Source of the DNA: Azolla caroliniana
Lineage: Eukaryota > Plantae > Polypodiophyta
Assembly: GCA_043228905.1 (NCBI GenBank)
Contig: JBHGNT010000008.1
Span: 2,356,001-2,420,000, forward strand
Direction: 5' to 3'
Length of the DNA stretch: 64,000 nucleotides
Below the pieces are notes generated by a model that was given only the letters and a program-made list of their open reading frames with translations, was not told where the DNA came from and searched no databases. Of the stretch, positions 37,690 to 50,180 are shown in pieces (position 1 is the stretch's first letter; every line of letters begins with the position of its first letter). Made by a program: the position numbers and the translations under genes.

Positions 37690-38440
37690 CATCTTTATTG
37701 TGTGGGGGATGTTTGATGTTCAATCATATTCAACAAGCTCTTTAGATTTGTCAAAGGCAAATTAACTTGGCTAATACTTATACATGGTATGGTCTTTTCT
37801 CTCCTTTGAGCATTTTAATAGGTGGCATATGCTAACCACTGTAGAATAAGATTTTATGAGGTTGGAGATGTTGGTCTTCTATATTTAGTGGAAGACGAAG
37901 TTGAAGTTATGTAGTTAGCCTCCCAAAAACCCATTAGGGTTATTGCTCGATTAGACAAGAATATTTTCTTAGATCCGAATCCTATTTTGGCGAACCATGC
38001 ATTACAATTATGCGCATTGCAACGTAAGCCGGTAGAACACCCTAATTGGAACCTGGATGATTATGCATGGCAATTGGTTGGAAGGTCCTCGTCAAATGAA
38101 CAAGACAATAGGATTCTCCCTTTTTTCTAATATTATGTGGCCTATGGGAGACTCTTCTTGATGCAACGTCATTGCGTAAATCCTGTTGCACAAAAGTATT
38201 GGGAGTCAGGTGCTATATCATTTCAATATTAGGCGGCATATAGGAAACGTTTATGGGCTCTACCATGTATAGAAGAGCAATTTCTTTTAAGTGGTTACTA
38301 CTGCATTATGCTTTACCTGATAGTGTAGGTTTTCATTTAAAAGGACAAGTTGATGATCGCCACTATGTTTGTTGCCGATTACATGATGAGACTTTGAAAC
38401 ATTTGTTTTGGACTTGTATTGCGACTTGAAAGTATTAGGG
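37690..38440 (+). mobile_element. Decayed L1-type LINE 3' fragment (zf-RVT)
   Basis: RLWALP...FKWLLLHYALP...VCCRLHDETLKHLFWTC at 38248-38418; left boundary uncertain. Confidence 0.6.
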
Positions 38441-38567
38441 AAGAATATTAAGGATGTTTTCCCGTAATTATACAGGAGCGGTTTTTACATGCAAGGTTGT
38501 TTTTTCGGGGTCTTTAGATGTGCAGGTATCCTTGTACGAGGTGGAGAAATGTGCGGAAGCATTGTGT

Positions 38568-38682
38568 TGTCGTGGTAATCCGCAAGTGTGTGTCGAAAGG
38601 GGGGCGGGACCACGAGGGTCTCGGACGAGGAAGAAAGCGATGCTAGGAAACCGACTCTGGACACGTACCAGGGTTAACCGAA

Positions 38683-38762
<80 letters not shown>

Positions 38763-39282
38763 TGAGAGAGAGCACGCGCGCAACGACTCTTATGTACATG
38801 AAACAAAGGAGGGGAGCTATGCACCCGACACCATCAGAGACACCATTATGCACAAACAGTCATGAATATATATATATATATTAAGGGGAAGATACAACCC
38901 TAGCTTCGAGCCAGGCTACACTCAGAAGAAGAAGAAGAACTTAACCCTAACAGAGCTTTGCCGCCATGGCTGCGGCGCCCAACTTCTCAAGAAGGAGAAG
39001 AACAAGAAGAAGACTACCAAGAAGTTACTAACCCTAGAAAAATTCTTAACAAAATGACCCTCGACCAAAATGGTATACCCTTATCACTCAAAATGGGCAA
39101 CCCCTTCACAAGTGACCCCTCCCTTCCTTTTATAGCCCAAGGAGGGAGGAACATTACAATGTGGGATAAATACTCCCCCTTATTCTATACACCGTTTCCT
39201 ACTATACACATGCACATGTTGCACACCACCGACTTGCCCATTCCACCCCAATTTCACACTATAGCCGGAAATCTTCACGACA
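38568..39282 (-). mobile_element. Phygy-type solo LTR, 4-bp TSD GTGT
   Basis: TGTCGTGG...TTCACGACA, GTGT on both sides, (GA)n tract. Removal restores EALCVLE..VVPN. Confidence 0.85.
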
Positions 39283-40457
39283 GTGTGTGTTAGAGAATAG
39301 AATTGAAACAGTTGTTCCTAACAAATTATAGGTTTTAAATGTTTTAAAAATTCTTTTATTTTGAAATATTGTTTCGATTAATGCTTTATGGGTGTGGTGG
39401 AAGTGTCGTGGCAGCAAGAAATATTAAGGCATCGAGTCGAATTGTGGATATATCTTCCCTACCATGACATTCACCGGCAAAGATTTCAAACAGATTGCAA
39501 GGATTTTTAAAGTGCAATGGAAATACTCTTGCATATGTACCAAGGAGAGGTTGGGATAGAATCGAACTCTATTATAGAGGTATTGCTTCTTTGCTCTAGC
39601 ATGGGAGCTTTGGATGAAGGAACAAAATTACATCATATACTAAAGAAAGGGGGTGTTAGGCCCAATTCCTATTTGCAGAACAATCTTTTGAATATGTACA
39701 CAAAATGTGGTAGCTTGGTTGAAGGAAAAGGGGTTTTTCAAAGCATGCCTATGAGAGATATTGTATCATGGAATGCAATGATCACAAGCTTTGCAAAGAG
39801 TGGTAATTGCTTTGAAGCCTTGAAGTTATTGTCTGAAATGTTGGGTGAGAATGTGAAACCAAATAGAACTACTTTTGTATGTGCATTGAAAGCGTGTGCC
39901 CCTCCAACATATTTGGAACAGTGAGTTAAGAAAGTTCATAAATACATAGTAGATCAAGGATTGGAAATTTATATGATGGTTACGAGTGCTCTTGTGGAGA
40001 TGTACGTTAAGTACAAGTGTATAGATTATGCCAAGAGTGTATTCAATAGTATGACGATAAGAGATGTTGTCTCATGGACATCGATGATGTCTAGATACTC
40101 TGAGTGTGAATGCAGAGAAGATGTTCTCATGTTATTTTACCAAATGCTTCATGAAGGTGTACAACCAAACAGGACGTGGTCTCTTGGATTGCATTGATGT
40201 CTGGATATGAACTACAAGGTGATGTAAAAGAGGCATTGAGGATTTTTTATCAAATGGAAGAAAGTGCAGGTGTAAAGCCCAATGAGGGGACTTTTGTAAG
40301 TGTCCTCAATGCAATCACATCCCTTTGTACCCTAGATTCAGGATTTTCTATCCATGTAACTATAATAAAGTATCATTATGAATCAAACATTTATGTAGGA
40401 AGTGCCCTAGTTGATATGTATGCAAATTGTTGTTGCTTGGAGGATCCGTGTGTGATG

Positions 40458-40963
40458 TAACAATCGGCAACGGTTCGGTTCGGTTTGAGAGGGTCCAAAC
40501 TGAACCGTTTAAATTTTTTGAAACTTGAACCAAACCAAACCAAACCACGAAACCATTAAACCGAATTGTTAAACATTTTTCAAACCGTTAAACCGTTAAA
40601 CCATTAAACCGTAAAAACCACGGTTTCGTGGTTCGGTTTCAGTTTTCAACATAGCTCAAATTTTTAATTTTTAAAAATTTAAAATATTTCGTTTTTTAAA
40701 ATTTTTAAAATTTTTAAGATGTTCCTAAAATGTGAGAATAAGGTCTAAAATTGAAAATATTGTTTTTAAACAATTTTTAAAATTTTAAAACTTTTTTTAA
40801 AATAAAAAAAAAACCCGTTGAACCGCGGTTTTTTACTGTTGAAACCGATCCGAACCGTTAATAAAAACGTAAACCTGAACCGAACCGTTGAAACCGTTAA
40901 GCCGTTAAACCGTAGTTTAGCAATTCGGTTCGGTTCAAACCATCGAACCGTTGCCGATTGCTA
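40458..40963. mobile_element. hAT-type MITE, 8-bp TSD GTGTGATG
   Basis: TIR TA[A/G]CAATCGGCAACGGTTCG, subterminal AACCG repeats, AT-rich core. Confidence 0.92.
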
Positions 40964-43589
40964 GTGTGATGGTCAACAAAATGTTCCATCCTGATACTAT
41001 AACATGGAACACAATTATTGATGGATTGGCGCAGCATGGTAATCCAAAAAAGCATTAGAATGCTGTGAAAAAATGAAACAAGAGAATGTGATGGTAAATA
41101 CACAACATTCCTCGATGTTCTTTCAACATGTAATCACGTTGGACTTGTGGGTGAAGGACGACATCATTTTAGTTCAATGAGTTATGTTCATCATATCTTA
41201 ACAACAACAGAGCATTATGCTTGTATGGTTGATATCCTAGGTACATCGCAACATCTTGAAGCAACAACTAACTTGTTGCAAAATCTTCCTAATGAGCCTT
41301 CTTTATCATCATGGACGGTTGTTTTAAGTGCTTTCCGACTTCATGGGAATGTTGATGTGGCAAAAGAAGCAATTGAATTTATCATCAAGTTGGAGCCACA
41401 AAAAAGAAATTGTGTTATGTGTTGTTATCTAACAAATATGTTGTTGAAGAAGGGAAAAAAAAAGGAAAAAAGGCAATGATCTTGATTTGGTTCAATGCTT
41501 CACGTATATGTATAGGGACTCCTTTGTTGACTTTTATCTAGAGATTGGACTATTCATATTGATGATTTGGACAATGATATGGCATCAGTGTACTTTCTTT
41601 GCTTATAACGATTGGCTAGGTTTTTTTTTCTTACTTATCTTTTCCTAGAAAGACTGGTGAGGGTCGTATGTAAAATTGGACTATTTTGTATATTGCATTT
41701 GGCCACTTTAATTTTAATACCAATGGAGGATATTTTTTCAAGAAAAAGGTTGAGTTTCCCACTACACTAAATACCTACAACCAAGCACACTCATATCACC
41801 TTCATACTCAAGCAAAGAGTATGTGTTCATCTCATAACACCCCAAGCATTATAACAAAGACCACACAAAAAATGAATCACCCAAACAATGACTATGAGAA
41901 GGATATTGAACACCAAATGCAGCAATAATATTGACAAAGGCCGCAAAAAGACAAATATCAAGCCATCACTAGCACTCGAGAAAAAAAAAAACATACCCAA
42001 CCAAAATCAACTAGTTATGGGGTTGAGATGAGTAGGTCATCTTCCACTGCATCAACACTTATCTAGGTATACTTTACTCCAACTTCCAAACCACCATTGA
42101 CTTTTATTCACTTGTCATAACAGTAAATTACACTCTTTTTTTTGTAGATCGGCACTTGATAAAGTACAATCATCCTTGTTAATGCCACTATGGAAATGAT
42201 AAAGGCTATAGACTCAAGTTAATGAATTTATCTTGATACACTACTGTGGTGTCAATACGACAATAGATACCATTGCTAGAATAGAGTTCTCCAAGGCAAC
42301 ATCACTAATGCAACGAGTACCCTCAACTTTGAATGGCTTCAACATGTGTGCCAATGGTTGCATTATCCTTGAGAACTTCCTCCATTCCATTACCATCTTC
42401 AACCTATCAAACCCTGACCCTATAGCAACCTACAACCACCACTCACCTTTTGAGTGTTAGCATGCAATCACCTCCTTGCCCACCCCATCATTGGGTCTTG
42501 TACTCTATGAAAATTCACATGGTATCCCATGATCCCCACACCATGCATTTCACCTTACCCTCTCTCCATCTTTTTTCCCACTACAAACCTTGATTTCCCT
42601 CACATGAGAATGTGTGAACCCAAGACTGTGCTCTCCTTAGGTTGGGGAAGATTTTTAGTGCACATCGTATGCTTCACTGACATTGGAATGAAAAGAGAAA
42701 GAGAAGATTTGGATATTAGGGCAAAGGGCCTTGCATCCAAAAATATGAAAGGGGATAAAGGTCATAGCGTGAAATGCACATACAAAAAGGTACACCACAA
42801 TAGTACTTAAAATGTAAAGAATTATAAAAGTTAAATTATTAGCCTAAGTTTACTTTTTATTGGCTTCTCATTATCTAAACTAGATATTCTCTTTCCTTCT
42901 TCTCTCATAGATTGGTGGTACTTGCTTAACTCTATAAGTCTTGCACTTATAATGTTTGTGTTCTAACCTTGTGATTAGATTTCCTTCTCCTTTAATGTGT
43001 TTAAGAGTGTGATTTAAGTCTTTAGTTAAGTACATATATTTCCTCATTTGGTTAGTTTATTAACTATCAAAACGAATCTCTTAACATTTTTTGTAATACA
43101 TGCGAGGAATTCACATAAATGTGATGTACTAGCAAGTTGCCCAAACACATCGACACTCAAGCATATAAAGTTCATGTTTACCTAGCCATAGATAACCAAA
43201 ACAAGGAATATGAAAACGACCCATAAGGAATGTTCTGCAACAACTGGACAAGCCCCTCTATCAAATGGATGTGAAGTAAGATTGTCCTCATTGATAAGCC
43301 AACCATAACATATGCTTGGTGGGGCAGGCATATGTTTTGTCTAAAAATGTGAATACACAAATTGTGGTTCTGAATGCTCACCCTACATATCATTCTATCT
43401 AGAAAATCTACTCCATATTCATTTATTTTAACTATTGCAAATCCTGTTTGGATTATACCTACTTTGTATATTGGCATGAGTCATGACCCTTTGTTTGTCA
43501 TTAAATGAGCATATATGGTCATAGCATTTATAATATTGAATTGATTATTTGTTGGAGCTTTCATATTAGTCATTGAAGCATTCATTCTA

Positions 43590-44591
43590 GGGAAAAGTAC
43601 CAGGATACCCCTGGAAGTTCGTCTATTTACCAAAATGCCCCTGGAAGTTCCAAATTTACCAAACTACCCCTATGTCCAAAAAATTACACTTTATAAAGTA
43701 ATTATACATGCCAAGGAGACATTCAAAATCTTAAGCATGTACTCATGTAATTTGATTGAATGTCTCTATCTCTATCTCTATCTCTATCTCGATGTTGATG
43801 AGTACATGCTTAAGATTAAAAAAATTCCTAACATGAGCTTCCAAAAATCACATGGGAAGCAAGCATAAAGTTTCAAGAGATATATTAAAGTAAAATTTTG
43901 TGTTCTACTTGGACGCAAGATATAAAATGGTTTTGAAAATGGGATGAGACTCACTTTTCATGATGCATCATTAGATTCCTCTATAATTGAGGCCGTTTTG
44001 CACTGTCAAAGTATCGTGATATATGAGGGAAATGTGAAGGTTCCTAACTCATGCATTATACTCCCATTGTTGCACCTAATTACAATTCCATATCATTTGC
44101 CAACAGGGAAACCACACACATGAATACATGTTAGAGCCCATCTCATTGTCTGTTATTTGAACCATTGCTTCCATACGACTTGGCTCTTACTCACTTTGAT
44201 ACAAGATGAGACATGGGGACACATGTGATGAGACTCATCGACTAAGCACATTTTGCTTAAGCAAGTTTGGGAGTCTAAGTATCACATTGATACAGTTTGC
44301 TTTTTTTTATCACATTTGAATATTCTCTCCATACATTTTCGTCCAAGTCGAATCCTTGTACGAATTTCTCTCCCAATTACAATGTGCGTGCTCAATAGCA
44401 AATTTTCATTAATAAAGTTCTTGAACATCAAGAGTTGCTAGCCACTTTCACATGTAATTAATAAAAATGTTATATTTTTTATATCATAGGTCATATTTGA
44501 CCTTTGAAGATGATAATCAATTGTAACATTGAGTTCAATCCTCATAATGGGCTAAGCATGGTCTCAATGATCACAAGTCAATCTCTCTTGG

Positions 44592-44639
<48 letters not shown>

Positions 44640-45310
44640 CAAATATAATAATTTTTGTCGCTTCTCCTCCATCTCTAATTGCTAACTTGGTGGTTCATGA
44701 CATAGTACCAAACTTCAAGAATTGAAGTTGAATCCTCACCATGGGTTATGTCTTTCCATTGGTTGTAATTGGTCTCCCGTGGACGTTAAAAAACGATGTC
44801 CCATATATGAGCTTAAGACATTAGTTAAATGTGTACGCCATGTGCATCAAGAGACTCTTTTCTTGATCCTGTAAGTCATGTTTCTAGCCTCCTAATGATA
44901 TAAACAATCATTTTTAGCATATGAATTTTACAAACTTGAGACTAAATCAAATTATAGAAAACAAAATAATGAGCACAATAGTACATTATGTTTCTTGAGA
45001 CAATGAGACAATTGGTTGAGGTTATTTCTTTAAAAAGAATTGGCTTATCGTCATGCAGAAGTACAACTTTCCATGTAAATAGTGTAAAGCATAGAACAAA
45101 TACACGTATCGGGATGTCGACATTTAATAGAAAATTGTTACTTTTTGGGGAGCATAATGAAGCAAATAATTGTAATCTAAGCGCATCATTGATTCATAGT
45201 TTTGGAATATATAGTTTTGCTCAAACATATTCACATAATGTTCTTCATAATCTTGTCCATGAAGGTACCCTACAATACAAACAACCCACCTAAGACAAGA
45301 ACTCTTCATG
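43590..45310 (-). mobile_element. Possible MULE remnant (one TIR-like end, traces of transposase)
   Basis: GGGAAAAGTACCAGGATACCCC start with internal repeats, DQEKSL (~44860) and GFP(C)W SWIM-like (~44105) traces. No partner TIR seen. Confidence 0.35.
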
Positions 45311-45477
45311 CATCAGTTTTGACGTAGCACATGAATCCACTACTCCACTTTATTCCAACAAAGATTCTCATCAATTCGGCAACAATTCATAATATTTCCC
45401 ATAAGGTTCATGATACACACACACACATTATATGTATATGTATATGTATATGTACACACAACATATACATATACATG

Positions 45478-45508
<31 letters not shown>

Positions 45509-45743
45509 GCAAAAGAGTATATACACATTTATAAACACTTTATACATACACATACTAGTCTCTTTACATAAGCCATATGGTGCACTCGTAAATCATTAAT
45601 CATGGTATCCAGTTTTAACACATTAGGATGTTTTATACTATTGTGTTGAAACACGTAAACCATGATATGGGAAATAAAACAAAATGAAAGTGGGACTCTG
45701 TCCTCTGGACAACATAGACATCCCGAATTGAGCATGGGGGTTT

Positions 45744-46619
45744 TCATTCCAATATTGTTTGGACTTTTGCCGGGTCCATGAAAACACCCTGGGATGAAAT
45801 AGTGTATCCCAAAAATTCGACTTGTTTGCAATCAAAACTACATTTCTCAAGTTTGGCATAAAGACCATACTTCCTTAGGCGTTCAAGTACTTGCCGCACA
45901 TGTATATCATGCTCCCCCTGTGTTTTAGAGTAAATCAATAGATCATCTAGGTAGATGATTAGAAAAATATCCAAGAAATCCCGGAAGATGTCATTTGCCA
46001 TATGTTGGAATACTGCAGGTGCATTTGTGAGCCTGAAAGGCATGAATGTATACTCGAAATGACCATATCGAGGACAAAATGTTGTTTTCCACTCATCTCC
46101 CGGCCGAATTCGAACAAGATTATATGCACCCCTTAGATCAATTTTGGTAAAATGCTTTGCCCCACCAATGCGTTCTAAGAGATTGGAGATTAAAGGTAAA
46201 GCATACCTATTCCTTATGGTGACTTTATTTAAGCCTCGATAGTCCACGACCAAATGAAGGGAACCGTCCTTTTTCTTCACAAAAAAGATAGGAGCACCAG
46301 CTGGAGACTTTGAATGTCGAATAAACCCATGTGCAAGATTTTCCTCAATGTATTCTCGAAGAACCTCAAGCTCAGTGGGTGATAAATTGTAAATCGGACC
46401 CCACGGTGGCTCTTTTCCTGGTTGGAGATCAATAGGACAGTCATACGACCGATGCTTTGGAAGAACACTAGCTTTGACTTTGTCGAAAACATCAGCATAG
46501 TTTTGATATTTTTTGGGAATTTGGATGTCTGAATTCCCTTGAGTGACACTAGAAGGTGTCACTACTACTACAAATAAGAAAAGGTCCTCATTGCCTCCCA
46601 CTTGGCGCAATTGTTGCAA
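45744..46619 (-). pseudogene. pol: Element M reverse transcriptase
   Basis: KKDGSLHLVVDYRGLN, MPFRLTNAP, YLDDLLIYS. Confidence 0.93.
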
Positions 46620-48321
46620 TGTGATGGCTGAAATTTGATGAGAAGGATATGGTGCATCGGTAGAACTATATACTTTAGGAGGATAATCCCGAGTTCGAAC
46701 CTTGACAATGATATTTTCTGCTAAAGGGCACCTAATTTCTTGCTTCTTCCAATCGATTCTAGGGTTATGTAGCTCAACTATGGATTATGTTAAAGGAAAC
46801 TACACATCCTAAATCACCCAAGAGTATGTGTATTGGCTCAAACTCTTCAAATATCTTCCCAGAAGCTATGGGGTGTCCATCAATCACTACTACGAAAACT
46901 GGACAAGGAAGTGTATGCAAGGATATTTGGTGTTTTTGGGCAAAATCTCTATCCTTGAAACAAGAATTGGCTCTAGTATCTAAGAGGGCTTGGACTTGAA
47001 GTTGACAACTAGGTGTCCTAACTTGTACTAGGGCTGAGAAGACTCTATTAACATGCTTGGAAGAAATGGAACCCGCACTAGGTTGTACATATCTAGGGTT
47101 GCCCAACCAAATGGCTCCTATTTTGGCCGGACTTATTCGTTTGACTCCTCTTCTAATTGGCTTAGGACTTCAAATTTATTGGACAAGGGTGGATTATTCA
47201 TAATATTAGATTCACTAACTGCTTCTAAAATGTTGGACTCACTTTTATTGTCATAGTGAATTTGATTTACCTTACGTCTCGGCCTACGGGAGCAATGAAT
47301 GGCTATATGTCTTGGACCTCCGCAATATAAGCACAGATGGTTTGCTCAACGACGTTGCTTCTCTTCGTCTGACAACGGTCCTTGTCGTTGAGTCATATCG
47401 ATCTCCATGGGTGTAGGACTATCCATTGGGACTAGACTACGTGTTCGCCTTGGAGTTGGAGCAGGGCTATACATTTGCCTTGAGGATGATTGCGCCGTTA
47501 CTGATGCATAAGTTGGTGTGAATCTTGATCTTGTTATTTGTTGTTGTCGCTCACATCGACGCTCAAAAAGGCGATTATCACACCGTATTGCCCGACTAAT
47601 AGCTTTTGTAAGTGACCTTGGATCCTCGGGGAAGGTAAGAAGTAAGTCTTTGACATCACTACGAAGGCCTAAACGGAATTGCTCCATTAGGGCTTGTTCA
47701 TCCCAAGGAATATCGCTTGCGATGAGACGGAAATTGGCAGCATATGTCGAAGCTAGTTGATCACCTTGACGAAGTGTACGAATCTTGTTGATAGCTGTTG
47801 TTGCCCCATCAGTATCTCCGAAACAAGCCTTAAGTTCCTTGATAAATTCCTCGAAATTATTCAGTAAAGGAGAATTGGTCTCTAGCAATGGAGCAAACCA
47901 CGACAACGCTATGCCAGTAAATAAGGTGCCCACTAGCCCGACTCATGATGCATCTGTTGGATAACGCGCGGGATGCATTTGAATCACCAACCGTACTTGA
48001 TTCAAAAAACCTCGGAAATGCGCCCTCGACCCATCAAATTTAGCTGGGAGGCTAATTTTGGGCTCCTTGATAAGTCCCTGACCTTCAACCTTTTGTTATT
48101 GCAACACTACGATTGTCAACTCTAATTGTTGCACTCGTCGTGTGAACTCCTCTTGTTGTTGTTGCTTCTCTATAGTAACCTTTTGTAGATCCCCAAGTAG
48201 ACGTTGATTCTCTACTTCAAGAGATGCGAACTTGGATTTAAGGTTCTCCATTTCTGCAACAAGGGTGAGATATTCTTCTGAGTTAATGGCAGCCATGGTT
48301 TCAGGATGGTTACAAAGGAGG

Positions 48322-48381
<60 letters not shown>

Positions 48382-48668
48382 GAATCAAACTATCAGAACC
48401 AAGGATAAAAGGTAGAGTGATGGAAGAAGGATATTAGAGAACACGAGAAGAAAGGAAACATATACTAAGAGAAGAATGGATGTATAAGATAGAGAAAGAA
48501 AGAGAATGGATACAAGATATGTAATGAGAGCTAAAGACTGGTGTTGATTCGAATTGATTTGAGAATACATGTATGCCCTTATTTATAGGTTCCTATAGAA
48601 TAGCTTAGAGATTTCTAGAATGTTATAGAATGTTCTAGACCTAGAATGCTCTAGGACATTCTAGAACA

Positions 48669-49067
48669 TGTTGGTAGACAGGTCCCTCCGGATGGGAAGT
48701 GAGAAGACCAGTGCCGATGAACAAACTCGGCCGAGGCCGATAGGCCGAGGCCGAAACGGTATGAACCGGATGAGGAGTACCCGACTACGGAGAGTCGGAT
48801 GGTGTGGGCCCGGTATGAACCAGATGAGGAGTACCCGACTGCGGAGAGTCGGATGGTGTAGGCCCGGTATGAACCGGATGAGGAGTACCCGACTGCGGAG
48901 AGCCGGATGAAGAGTACCCGACTGCGGAGAGCCGGATGGAGCCCATCGAGGCTACATTTGTAAATAGCCGAAAAGTCATATTAGTATAAATATGACTTAG
49001 GGCAAACTTTTAGTGGTTGTTATTGTTCTTCGTTGTTGGTGCAAGAAGAAATCAGAGCCCGTAACTG

Positions 49068-49110
<43 letters not shown>

Positions 49111-49391
49111 GAGGTCGTTGCCTCTGTTGTAACCGCCGCCTGTGGCGAAGATCTGAGAGCACGAGGTCGTTGCCTCAGTGATCTCACTGTTGTATATTTC
49201 TGCATAGTGACAGTTTGCAGCTTGTGGGCTGCCGTGGTTTTTCCCCTATTTTGGGGTTTTCCACGTATACCTCCTGTGTACCATTTCTCCTCTCCTCTTT
49301 TGTGTCGTGTTTCATTACCTGTTTTTCTGTGTATGAAAAGAATCTCGGTTGTGGCCGATCGTCGGACATAAGGAACTTCGAGTTCTCAACA
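48669..49391 (+). mobile_element. Copia A-family solo LTR, TSD GAACA
   Basis: TG...CA termini, identical 5-bp flanks, 51-bp U3 tandem repeats. Confidence 0.93.
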
Positions 49392-49924
49392 GAACATTCT
49401 AGAATAATCTAGAGTTTTTACAATAATCAATGTAATACAAGAAGTAGCTTTTATTGTTTCATATAACAATAAGCTATCTTAATGGTTGAGGTTTTCAAGT
49501 ATGGATTACAAGGTTCGAGGTTCAAGTCCGGGTGATGCCATAATGGTCATGTGTTCATGACACTGGCATGAAATGAGAATACTCGATTGATGTGTCAATC
49601 ACTGGTGTTGAATCCCTCGAAAGGGACTAAGGAGGTTTACAAGTATTTATACTGTGAGCTGAAGACGTGCAAATTTAGAATATTCTAGAACCTTCTAGTT
49701 CTAGAACTTTCTAGAGGTATGTGACAAAAGAATATTTCTAGATCAAGTACATTATATAAAAGTAAATGCTCATATCAAAATGGTTGAGCATGATATATTA
49801 TTAAGTGAGGTTGTAGGTTCAATCCTCATCAACTACGTATTTTATGTCACTGTGTTGTGACATTATCCTCCCCTTTACGACTGCATTTTCGAAAGCGTAG
49901 TGTAGGGATGAGTGGGAATTGGAG

Positions 49925-50180
49925 CATTGGCGGGTGTGAGCAACCATGTGTGGTCCTCTCCGGAGACTAGAACACCAACAGACGTGAGCGACCATGTGTG
50001 GTCCTCACCGGGAACTGGAACGCCCGACCATGTGTGGTCCTCACCAAGAACTGGAACACCTGTGGGCGTGAGCGACCATGTGCAGTCCTCACCGGGAACT
50101 GGAACACCCGACCATGTGTGGTCCTCACCAGGAACTAGAACACCAGCGGGCATGAGCGACCATGTGCGGTCCTCAAGGGG
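49925..50180. repeat. 33/45-bp tandem repeat in the 3' region of element I
   Basis: GACCATGTGTGGTCCTCACCGGGAACTGGAACACC units. Confidence 0.85.

Larger units (their letters stand above)
38500..41479 (+). pseudogene. PLS-class (E-type) pentatricopeptide repeat pseudogene
   Basis: NNLLNMYTKCGSL, RDIVSWNAMI, VKPNRTTFV, SALVDMYA, EHYACMVDILG, WTVVLSAFRLHGN. Contains stops and frameshifts and is interrupted by a solo LTR and a hAT MITE. Confidence 0.9.
45715..49562 (-). mobile_element. Tcn1-like chromovirus M, 3' truncated
   Basis: 5' LTR 48391-49562, gag from 48296 (PMEID, CLYCGGPRH..HC), LLDTRANSCF, RT with KIDLRGAY and YLDD. Confidence 0.9.

Noticed and set aside
39404-39469. Mini inverted repeat TGTCGTGGCAG...CTACCATGACA resembling LTR termini
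   Set aside because: There is no TSD and the left part reads as PPR coding (YGCGGSVVAAR), so it is likely chance
41500-43580. Possible gene or LINE remnant
   Set aside because: No recognisable motif could be read reliably
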